A DNA stretch of 64,000 nt from Chloroflexota bacterium (lineage in GTDB: Bacteria > Chloroflexota > Anaerolineae > Aggregatilineales > UBA3940), in contig JAZIGM010000005.1 in the NCBI GenBank assembly GCA_036679085.1, positions 204,098 to 268,097 on the forward strand, in the 5' to 3' direction. Below are positions 54,641-62,238 of this stretch, in pieces. Within the stretch, counting starts at the first letter, position 1, and each line of letters begins with the position of its first letter. The position numbers and the translations under genes are program-made. The notes beneath the pieces are model-generated. The model ran no database searches. It saw nothing but the letters and a program-made list of their open reading frames with translations, and was not told the origin of the DNA.

Positions 54641-55177
54641 ATGTCACCCGAAGCTGATGCCCTCAAGGAGGAAGGCCTGCGCCTTTTCCGCATTGGCGAG
54701 CACTCCCAGGCCCTTGACCACTTCGAGCGAGCCTACGACGCCTACATGGCAGCGGATCGCCCGCTCGACGCCGCCGAAATGCTGAACAACATCGGCGTGA
54801 TCTGGCGCATGGAGGACGACACCGGCGCTGCTGCCGTCAGCCTTGAGCGCGCCAGAGAGATCTTCGCCGAGCACGGCGACCGCAGCCGCGAGGCCCAGGT
54901 GCTTGGCAACCTCGCGCCGCTCTACAGCAAGCAGGGCCGCATCGATGAGGCAATCGCCGCCTACCGCACCGCAGCAGAGATGTTCGGCGAGCTTGGCGAC
55001 AAGGACCGTCAGGGCGAAACGCTGCTCGCACTCGGCATCCTGCAGTTCCGTGAGGGGCAGCGCCAGGCCGGGCTGGCCTCCTACGAGGCGGGGCTGATGC
55101 TGATTAAGAACCCTACCCCCAAGCAGAAGCGCACGCGGATGCTGCTCAAAATGCGCAAGCGGGTTACGGGCAGCTAA
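54641..55177 (+). CDS. TPR-repeat protein
   Basis: ORF trimmed to MSPEADAL (GAGG RBS). Contains 3-4 TPR-like 34-aa repeats (A..YE.A..IF...GD). Confidence 0.75.
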   Translation: MSPEADALKEEGLRLFRIGEHSQALDHFERAYDAYMAADRPLDAAEMLNNIGVIWRMEDDTGAAAVSLERAREIFAEHGDRSREAQVLGNLAPLYSKQGRIDEAIAAYRTAAEMFGELGDKDRQGETLLALGILQFREGQRQAGLASYEAGLMLIKNPTPKQKRTRMLLKMRKRVTGS

Positions 55178-55201
55178 CCGCCGCACACTGTTAGCCAGAT
55201 C

Positions 55202-55238
55202 GAAAAGAGCCGCCCTGTATAGGCGGCTCTTCTTGTTT
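55202..55238. terminator. Bidirectional terminator between the TPR gene (+) and the EF-G paralog (-)
   Basis: agagccgcc, 7 nt loop, ggcggctct. Flanked by GAAAA on one side and TCTTGTTT on the other. Confidence 0.75.
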
Positions 55239-55253
55239 GCGGGTGAGGAAGGG

Positions 55254-57317
55254 TTACTCCTCTTCTTCCTTCTTCGCCTTGGCGATGATCTCCTGGGCAA
55301 TGTGCGAGGGGACCGTCGCGTAGTGCGAGAAGCGCATGGTATAGACGCCGCGCCCCTGCGTGAACGAGCGCAGGTCGTTGCTGTAGCGCAGCACCTCGGC
55401 GAGCGGAACCTGCGCGGTGATAACCGCGCGCCCGGCGTTGATCTCCGTGCCGAGCACCTGCCCGCGCCGCGAGCTCAGGTCGCCGATGACATCGCCCATG
55501 TTGGCCTCAGGGACGGTGATCTCAAGGATCTGGATGGGCTCAAGCAACACCGGGCCCGCCCCCTGGACGGCCAGCTTGAAGACCTCGCGCCCGGCGATCT
55601 GGAAGGCGATATCCTTCGAGTCGACCGGGTGCTCCTTGCCGTCGTACACGACCGCCTTCACGTCCACGACCGGGTAGCCGGCGATGACGCCGCTCTCCAT
55701 CACGCTCTTGATGCCCTTCTCAATCGAGGGGATGAACGAGCTGGAGATCGCACCGCCAAACACCTCGTTGCCGAACTCGAAGCCCTGGCCATCCTCCAGC
55801 GGCTCGACGCGCAGGTGAACCTCGGCGAACTGCCCGGCGCCGCCGGTCTGCTTCTTGTGGCGGTACTGCGCCGAGTTCACCTTGGTGATCGTCTCGCGGT
55901 ACGGAACCTTCGGCACGGCGGTCTCGAGGTTGACGCCAAGCCGCGCAGCGCGCTTGATCGCCACGTCCACGTGGACATCGCCCATCCCCTCAAGCACCGC
56001 TTCCTTCGTCGCCGGGTCGAGCCGCCACGTCAGCGTCGGGTCGTCCTCGGTCAGGCGGGTGAGCGTCGGGCCCATCTTGGCCGAGTCGGCCTGCGTCGCC
56101 GGGAAGACCGCCACCGAGTACACCGGGATGGGGAAGCTCGGCGGTTCAATGATGATAGGCGTGCCGCGGTCGCCGAGCGTATCGCAGGTGACGGTGTGCC
56201 CGAGCTTCGCCACCGCGCCGAGGTCACCCGCGTGCAGCGTGTCAACCGTCATCTGCTGGTTGCCGCGCATGACGAGCAGCGAACCAAAGCGCTCTTCCTC
56301 GCCACGGGTGAAGTTGTAATAGCGCTGGTCGGCCTTGAGCGTACCGGAGACCACGCGGAAGTACGTCAGGCTGCCAACGTAGGGGTCGGCAGTCGTCTTC
56401 CACACGTAAAGCGCGAGCGGGCCGCCGTCACTGGCAGGCAGTTCGACTTCTTCGTCGCCGCGCTTGCCAGTAAAGGCCTTCGGGCGGTTGTCCGGGCTGA
56501 TCGATACCTCAGTCACCAGCCGAGTGAAAGCCTTCACGCCGATATTCGCCGTTGCCGCCGCGTAGGCAACCGGGATGAAGGACTGCGCAGCGAGACCGGC
56601 GCGCACGCCCTGCCAGATCTCAGCCTCGGAAAGCTCGCCAACCTCGAAATACTTCTCCAGCAGCGCGTCATCCGACTCCGCCGCAGCCTCGATCAGTGCA
56701 AACCGGGCCTCCTCTGCCGCGTCCGCAAATTCCGCCGGGATGTCACCGGGCTTGTCGTCCGCCCCGCGCCACGCCTTCATGCTGAGCAGGTCGACGACGC
56801 CGGTGAACTCGCCGCCCTCGAACATGGGAAGCTGCACGGGCACAAAGCGCGTGTCAAAAATGGTGCCCAGCTCATTGAGGACCTGCTCGGGATGCACATT
56901 GTCGCGGTCCATCTTGTTGAGCAGCACCATGCGCGGCAGTTCAAACTCGTCGGCAAAGCCCCAATAAACTTCCGCACCGACCTCAACACCGGAGCTGGCG
57001 TCGATAAGCAGCACCGCCATATCCGACACCATTAACGCGTTCTTCACCTCACCCTGAAAGTCGGTGTAGCCCGGCGTGTCGAGAATGTTCAGCTTGTAGC
57101 CATTCGTCTCAATGGGAATCTGCGACGTGCTGAGCGACAGCCCGCGCCGCTGCTCTTCCTCATCGAAGTCGGAAGTCGTTGTACCCTGCTCAACCGTTCC
57201 CATACGTGTAATTTCGCCGGCATTGAAGAGCATCGCCTCGACAAGCGATGTCTTGCCGGCACCCTGGTGTGAAACCAGAGCAATGTTGCGAATCTGTGCA
57301 GTCGGATACACTTTCAT
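55254..57317 (-). CDS. Elongation factor G paralog (EF-G2-like translational GTPase)
   Basis: G1 (SHQGAGKTS), G3 (DTPGYTDF), G4 (NKMD), with EF-G domains II-V alignable by eye. Not located in an rpsL-rpsG-fusA-tuf context. Confidence 0.88.
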   Translation of the reverse strand: MKVYPTAQIRNIALVSHQGAGKTSLVEAMLFNAGEITRMGTVEQGTTTSDFDEEEQRRGLSLSTSQIPIETNGYKLNILDTPGYTDFQGEVKNALMVSDMAVLLIDASSGVEVGAEVYWGFADEFELPRMVLLNKMDRDNVHPEQVLNELGTIFDTRFVPVQLPMFEGGEFTGVVDLLSMKAWRGADDKPGDIPAEFADAAEEARFALIEAAAESDDALLEKYFEVGELSEAEIWQGVRAGLAAQSFIPVAYAAATANIGVKAFTRLVTEVSISPDNRPKAFTGKRGDEEVELPASDGGPLALYVWKTTADPYVGSLTYFRVVSGTLKADQRYYNFTRGEEERFGSLLVMRGNQQMTVDTLHAGDLGAVAKLGHTVTCDTLGDRGTPIIIEPPSFPIPVYSVAVFPATQADSAKMGPTLTRLTEDDPTLTWRLDPATKEAVLEGMGDVHVDVAIKRAARLGVNLETAVPKVPYRETITKVNSAQYRHKKQTGGAGQFAEVHLRVEPLEDGQGFEFGNEVFGGAISSSFIPSIEKGIKSVMESGVIAGYPVVDVKAVVYDGKEHPVDSKDIAFQIAGREVFKLAVQGAGPVLLEPIQILEITVPEANMGDVIGDLSSRRGQVLGTEINAGRAVITAQVPLAEVLRYSNDLRSFTQGRGVYTMRFSHYATVPSHIAQEIIAKAKKEEEE

Positions 57318-57422
57318 AACGGGAAGCCCTCCAAAACGGGGATCAGTCGGAAATTACGGACAGGCCGCGGCAAGCCTCAGGTCGCATCTGCTGCTTGATA
57401 AAACCTAGCCTAAACAGAGGGG

Positions 57423-57451
57423 ATTTTAAGTCGCTTTAAGGTACTTGTCAA
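57423..57451 (-). promoter_or_regulatory. Promoter of the EF-G paralog
   Basis: On the minus strand: TTGACA, 17 nt spacer, TAAAAT. Confidence 0.6.
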
Positions 57452-57595
57452 CGCTCAAAACGCCCGCAGATCGATTATACTGAGGAAGCTTATACCACAG
57501 CTAATAATCGTCTCAACGAGTGTCGTTCCTGCGGTGTGCTGTTGTGCCCCCAATGGGACGACTGGCATCCGCCACAAAATGAGGAGAGCAGCCAT

Positions 57596-58987
57596 ATGCC
57601 ATCATACCCACCTGAGCCTTTTCGCATCAAAGCCGTCGAGCCGATCCGCCGCACTACTCGCGAGGAGCGCCTCGCGAAGCTCCAGGCCGCCGGCTACAAC
57701 CTCTTCAAAGTTGCCGCCGAGGATGTTTACATTGACCTGCTGACGGACAGCGGCACGACGGCTATGAGCGACCGTCAGTGGGGCGGCATGATGCAGGGCG
57801 ATGAGTCGTACGCGGGCGCACGCAACTTCTTCAACCTCCAGTGCGCCATCACCGAGATCTTCGGCTTCAAGCACTTCGTGCCGACCCATCAGGGCCGGGC
57901 CGCCGAGAACATCCTGTGCCGCCTGCTTCTCAAGCCGGGCCAGGTCGTGCCGAGCAATAACCACTTCGACACGACGGGGGCCAACATCCGCGCGGCGGGC
58001 GGCAAGCCCGTTGACCTGGTGATCGACGAGGCGCGCGACCCGTCCAACCGACACCCCTTCAAGGGCAACATGGACCTCGACAAGCTGACTCGCTTCATCG
58101 AGGAGACCGGGCCGGAGAACATCCCCTTCGGCATGATCACCGTCACGAACAACGCGGCAGGCGGCCAGCCGGTGTCGATGGCGAACATCAAAGCCACCGC
58201 CGAGGTTTATCACCGCTACGGCATCCCGTTTTTCATCGACGCCTGCCGCTATGCCGAGAATGCGTACTTCATCCGACTGCGCGAGGAGGGCTACGCCGAC
58301 AAGACGCCGCTTGAGATCGCGCAGGAGATGTTCAGCGTGGCGGACGGCTGCACGATGAGCGCCAAGAAAGATGCGCTGGTCAACATCGGCGGCTTCCTCT
58401 GCATGAACGACAACGCGCTGTTCGAGCGGGCGCAGCAGGAGTTGATCCTGCGGGAAGGCTTCCCGACTTACGGCGGGCTTGCCGGGCGGGACCTTGAAGC
58501 AATGGCTCGCGGGCTGTACGAGGGGCTTGACCTCGACTACCTCGCCTACCGCATCGGGCAGACCGCCTACCTCGGCGAGCGGCTACTGGAGATCGGCGTG
58601 CCGATTGTCGAGCCGCCGGGCGGGCACGCCGTATATGTCGATGCCGGGCAGTTCCTGCCGCACATCCCGGTTGAGCAGTTCCCCGGGCAGGCGCTCGTCA
58701 TCGAGCTTTATCTCGCGGGCGGTATCCGCGCCGTGGAGCTTGGTAGCGTGGCCTTCGCCTACCCCGACCCGGAAACCGGCGAAATGGTGCATCCGCCGCT
58801 TGAACTGGTCCGGCTGGCACTGCCGCGCCGGGTCTACACGCGCAGCCACCTTGACTTCATCGTCGAGACATTTGACGAGATCGCAAGGAACCGAGAGGCG
58901 GTCGCCGGCGTTGAGATTGTTGAGGCCCCCGAACTGCTGCGGCATTTCACGGCGTCGTTCGCGCCCGTGAAGCCAGCCCAGCCGTAG
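57596..58987 (+). CDS. Beta-eliminating lyase: tryptophanase / tyrosine phenol-lyase family (closer to tryptophanase by eye)
   Basis: ORF 57536.. trimmed to MPSYPPEPFRIKAVEP (GAGGAG RBS). PLP-Lys context (MSAKKDALVNIGG). GFPTYGGLAGRD, LPHIPVEQFPGQAL and AGGIRAVE resemble TnaA. Confidence 0.88.
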   Translation: MPSYPPEPFRIKAVEPIRRTTREERLAKLQAAGYNLFKVAAEDVYIDLLTDSGTTAMSDRQWGGMMQGDESYAGARNFFNLQCAITEIFGFKHFVPTHQGRAAENILCRLLLKPGQVVPSNNHFDTTGANIRAAGGKPVDLVIDEARDPSNRHPFKGNMDLDKLTRFIEETGPENIPFGMITVTNNAAGGQPVSMANIKATAEVYHRYGIPFFIDACRYAENAYFIRLREEGYADKTPLEIAQEMFSVADGCTMSAKKDALVNIGGFLCMNDNALFERAQQELILREGFPTYGGLAGRDLEAMARGLYEGLDLDYLAYRIGQTAYLGERLLEIGVPIVEPPGGHAVYVDAGQFLPHIPVEQFPGQALVIELYLAGGIRAVELGSVAFAYPDPETGEMVHPPLELVRLALPRRVYTRSHLDFIVETFDEIARNREAVAGVEIVEAPELLRHFTASFAPVKPAQP

Positions 58988-59069
58988 ACGGAGCACCGGG
59001 CGAACGTTTAGATAATCCGCCGCGAGCGCGGTAAACTATGCGTGTGAGCGTCGGCAGCAGTGCATCATG

Positions 59070-59099
59070 TTGTCAGCGCTCACGGTAGCGCGCTATACT
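59070..59099 (+). promoter_or_regulatory. Candidate promoter for the C39-like/TPR gene pair
   Basis: TTGTCA, 18 nt spacer, TATACT. The leader contains the hairpin gacgggc...gcccgtc. Confidence 0.45.
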
Positions 59100-59191
59100 A
59101 GCCACCTGTTGACGACGGGCACTGTTTCAGCGCCCGTCATTCGCAGTTTAGCCTGAAATACGCTGATGTAGATTTATCCGAGTAGACCGGT

Positions 59192-60682
59192 ATGGCTTCT
59201 TTCAAGAATCGGCATCAACTACCCCAGATCAGGCGGGGCTACGCCTATCGTGGTTCTTCCAGCCTGTTTCGCCGGGACCGTATGCCCCGGGTGGGCAACA
59301 GCTACGCCCGGCGTTCAGGCAGTGGGCTGATCTGGGGGGCAGCGGCGGCAGGACTCGTCCTGCTCATCGCCGTCCTGACCGCCCGCTCCTGGCTGCCCGC
59401 CATTCGCTGGTTCGTACCAGACCGCTACATCATGGCGTACGCACCGGAAGACCTCCAGCTCATCATCTTCGATATCGACCCGAACCGGATGGTGCCCACG
59501 CCGGATCTGCCGGGCGACTCAAGCGCGGCAGAGGCGCTTCTTGAGGACTTCGAGCCGCTACCGACTGAGACCCCGCCGCCGACACAGCAGGAACCGCCTC
59601 CGGTCACGCCGCCCCCGGTGACGCCCGGCGCCATCGGCTACGTACAGCCGACCCGGGTTGCCGTCGCGCCGACGCCCACGGTAACGCCCGCGCGCGCTGC
59701 AGCCGTGGACCCGCGCGCTGTCGACCGGGACAACCAGGCTGACCTCAGCCACGTCGATGCGCTGCTAACAGGCTTCAACTTCCAGCAGCAGACCGGGTCC
59801 AACAACTGCGGCCCGGCGTCGTTTGCAACGATGATCAGCTACTGGGGCGTCGACATCCGCATGGAGGAGGCGCGTGTCTTCCTCAAGCCTAACCCGGACG
59901 ACCCGAATGTGCGCCCAGACGAGATGGTGAGGTACGCCGAGACGCTCGGCTACCACATGATCGTGCGCGATAACGGCACGCTTGAGACGCTGAAGAAGTT
60001 TATCCTCGCCGGCTACCCGGTGATGATCGAGACGGGCTACGACCCCGAGCCGGAGACGTATGGCTGGATGTCGCACTTCCTGACGATGGTCGGCTTCTCC
60101 GACCGGACCGGGGAGTTCATCGCGATGGACACGTATCGCCGGCCCAACTGGTCGTACCCGTACGAGGAGATCGACCACTTCTGGCGGCAGTTCAACCGCC
60201 GCTACCTCGTCGCCTACCGGCCTGATCAGGCCGCCGCGGTGGCGTCCATCATCGGCGAGGATATGGACGATACAACGATGTGGACCAACTCGATGCGCAC
60301 CGCGCAGGCCGAGCTGAGCATCAACCGCAATGACCCGTACGCCTGGTTCAACCTCGGCACGAGCCTGGTAGGGCTGGGCCGCTACGAGGATGCCGCCTCC
60401 GCGTTTGACGAGGCGCGCAAGCTCGGGCTGCCGGGCCGCTTCCTGTGGTACCAGTTTGCGCCGCTGGATGCTTACCTGCAGGTAGGCCGCTACGACGATG
60501 TGAACACGCTGGCCGACTCCGTACTGGCCCAGATCGCGACAGAAGAGCCGTTCTACTACAAGGGGATGGTACTGCTCGCTCAGGGCGAACCGGAAGAAGC
60601 TGCCAAGCAGTTCCGCATGGCGCTGCGCTACAACAGCAACTATGAGGCCGCCAAGCTCGCACTCGAGAGCATTGAAAGTTAA
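59192..60682 (+). CDS. Membrane-anchored C39-like (papain-fold) peptidase domain plus TPR protein, paralog 1
   Basis: N-terminal TM helix, Pro-rich linker, Cys motif (SNNCGPASFATMISYWG), His context (GWMSHFLTMVGFS) and C-terminal TPRs. Confidence 0.7.
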   Translation: MASFKNRHQLPQIRRGYAYRGSSSLFRRDRMPRVGNSYARRSGSGLIWGAAAAGLVLLIAVLTARSWLPAIRWFVPDRYIMAYAPEDLQLIIFDIDPNRMVPTPDLPGDSSAAEALLEDFEPLPTETPPPTQQEPPPVTPPPVTPGAIGYVQPTRVAVAPTPTVTPARAAAVDPRAVDRDNQADLSHVDALLTGFNFQQQTGSNNCGPASFATMISYWGVDIRMEEARVFLKPNPDDPNVRPDEMVRYAETLGYHMIVRDNGTLETLKKFILAGYPVMIETGYDPEPETYGWMSHFLTMVGFSDRTGEFIAMDTYRRPNWSYPYEEIDHFWRQFNRRYLVAYRPDQAAAVASIIGEDMDDTTMWTNSMRTAQAELSINRNDPYAWFNLGTSLVGLGRYEDAASAFDEARKLGLPGRFLWYQFAPLDAYLQVGRYDDVNTLADSVLAQIATEEPFYYKGMVLLAQGEPEEAAKQFRMALRYNSNYEAAKLALESIES

Positions 60683-60694
60683 ATTGGTGCCTCG

Positions 60695-62134
60695 ATGAAC
60701 CATAACAATCTCCCACAGACGGAGACCTACTACAACACGCGCAAGAAGCGCCGGCAGGGTATTGGCACACAGAACCTGAACCAGCCGCTCGGCTGGCTGC
60801 CGGGCCTGGCGATGGCGGCCTCCGTCGTGGTGTTGATCATGGCGATCACCGCACCGCTGTGGCTGCCGAGGACGATCCGCCGGATCATCCCGGATCGCTA
60901 TATCATCGCGTACGCGCCGGAGCCGCTTGCCGAGATCATCCTCGATATCGACCCGAGCCGCACACTGCCGACGCCCGACCCGTTCCAGCAGCCAGCGGCC
61001 ATCGGCATGGCCGAAGCCACCCCGTGGCCGACGCTCGCCGCCATCACGCCGCCGGAGACAACGCCGACCGATCAACCGGGGGTCGGGGCAGCCGCCGCCG
61101 AGGCCCAGCCGACCGAGGTCGAACCGACTCCTGCAGCGACGGCAACGCCCACAGCGACGGCCATCCCGGATGAGGTGCTTCTCACTGGCATGCGGCACGT
61201 GCCGCAGGGCTACAACAAGTGCGGCCCGGCGACGATGACGAGCTATCTCAGCTTCTATGGCTCGGCGGTGACCCAGGATGACGTGTCGAATGTCATCAAG
61301 CCCCACCCGGAGGACTCGAACGTCCGCCCGGATGAACTGGCCGACTATGCCCGCAGTCAGGGCTTCGGCGCGATCCTGCGCATTAACGGCACGCTGGACG
61401 TACTGAAGAAGTTCATCGCCGCGGGCATCCCGGTCATGATCGAGCGCGGCTTCGACGAGCTGCCCGACGAGGGCTGGATGGGCCACTACATGCTGATGAT
61501 CGGCTACTCCGAGGTGACCGGCGAGTTCACCGCCATGGACTCGTACTGGGGCACCAATCGCCGCCACGACGACCCGAACTTCCCGGTCGATAAGTGGGAG
61601 TACAACCGCTTTGACGCGCTCTGGCAGGACTTCAACCGCACGTATATCGTCGTCTACACGCCGGACCGCGAAGCGGAGGTGCTGAGCATCATCGGCGAGG
61701 ACATCGACGACACGACGATGTATGTCAACGCCCTGAACCGGACGCTCGCCGAGCAGGCCCAGAACCCCGACGATCCGTTCGTGTGGTTCAACCTCGGCGA
61801 GATCTACAATGCGCTGGGCGACTATCAGCAGGCCGCTGCTGCCTTCGACAGGGCGCGGCAGATCGGCACGCCGTGGCGCACGCTCTGGTATCGCTTCGGG
61901 CCGTACGAGGCCTACTACCAGACGGGCCGCTACGACGATGTGATGGCGCTGGCACGGGCCACCACCGACCCGAGCAACTACCCGGAGTCGGAGGAGGGTC
62001 TGTACTACATGGGTAAGGTGTTTGAGGCGCGCGGCGACACGCGCAATGCTCGCGCCATGTACCAGCGGGCGCTGCAGTACAATCACAACTATGCCGCCGC
62101 ACAGCAGGCGCTCGCCGCACTCGGCGACGGCTAG
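60695..62134 (+). CDS. Membrane-anchored C39-like peptidase domain plus TPR protein, paralog 2
   Basis: Same architecture as paralog 1: YNKCGPATMTSYLSFYG, GWMGHYMLMIGYS and TPRs. Lies 12 nt downstream of paralog 1. Confidence 0.7.
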   Translation: MNHNNLPQTETYYNTRKKRRQGIGTQNLNQPLGWLPGLAMAASVVVLIMAITAPLWLPRTIRRIIPDRYIIAYAPEPLAEIILDIDPSRTLPTPDPFQQPAAIGMAEATPWPTLAAITPPETTPTDQPGVGAAAAEAQPTEVEPTPAATATPTATAIPDEVLLTGMRHVPQGYNKCGPATMTSYLSFYGSAVTQDDVSNVIKPHPEDSNVRPDELADYARSQGFGAILRINGTLDVLKKFIAAGIPVMIERGFDELPDEGWMGHYMLMIGYSEVTGEFTAMDSYWGTNRRHDDPNFPVDKWEYNRFDALWQDFNRTYIVVYTPDREAEVLSIIGEDIDDTTMYVNALNRTLAEQAQNPDDPFVWFNLGEIYNALGDYQQAAAAFDRARQIGTPWRTLWYRFGPYEAYYQTGRYDDVMALARATTDPSNYPESEEGLYYMGKVFEARGDTRNARAMYQRALQYNHNYAAAQQALAALGDG

Positions 62135-62179
62135 CCACAGGGTCAGCCGTCAGGAAGCGCCGCACACCGGGCTGATCCG

Positions 62180-62216
62180 CAGCCAGCAGGGGGGCGCACC
62201 CCGGCTGGCTGTTTTG
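62180..62216 (+). terminator. Rho-independent terminator after the C39-like pair
   Basis: cagccagcagggg, 6 nt loop, ccccggctggctg (13 bp stem, one mismatch), followed by TTTTGCTG. Confidence 0.7.
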
Positions 62217-62238
62217 CTGAAACAGTGAGGGGCACGAT

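Noticed and set aside
55233-57035. 600-aa plus-strand ORF antisense to the EF-G paralog. Similar cases are 13949..15478 (509 aa), 21644..23059 (471 aa), 8300..9430 (376 aa) and 42483..43826 (447 aa).
   Set aside because: All of these mirror a strongly supported gene on the other strand and show R/A/G/H/D-biased composition. I saw no evidence for genuine overlapping genes.
57536-57595. Possible TnaC-like Trp-containing leader peptide (MLLCPQWDDWHPPQNEESSH) upstream of the tryptophanase-family gene.
   Set aside because: It is in frame with the lyase and not separated from it by a stop. It starts at a GTG without any SD, whereas the ATG at 57596 has GAGGAG. It therefore has no independent leader ORF architecture of the tnaC type.
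59765-62086. 773-aa ORF antisense to both C39-like/TPR paralogs.
   Set aside because: Same reasoning as for the tig antisense ORF. The product is Arg/His/Val/Gly-rich low-complexity, has no translation signals, and spans the 12-nt intergenic gap only because no stop happens to occur there.
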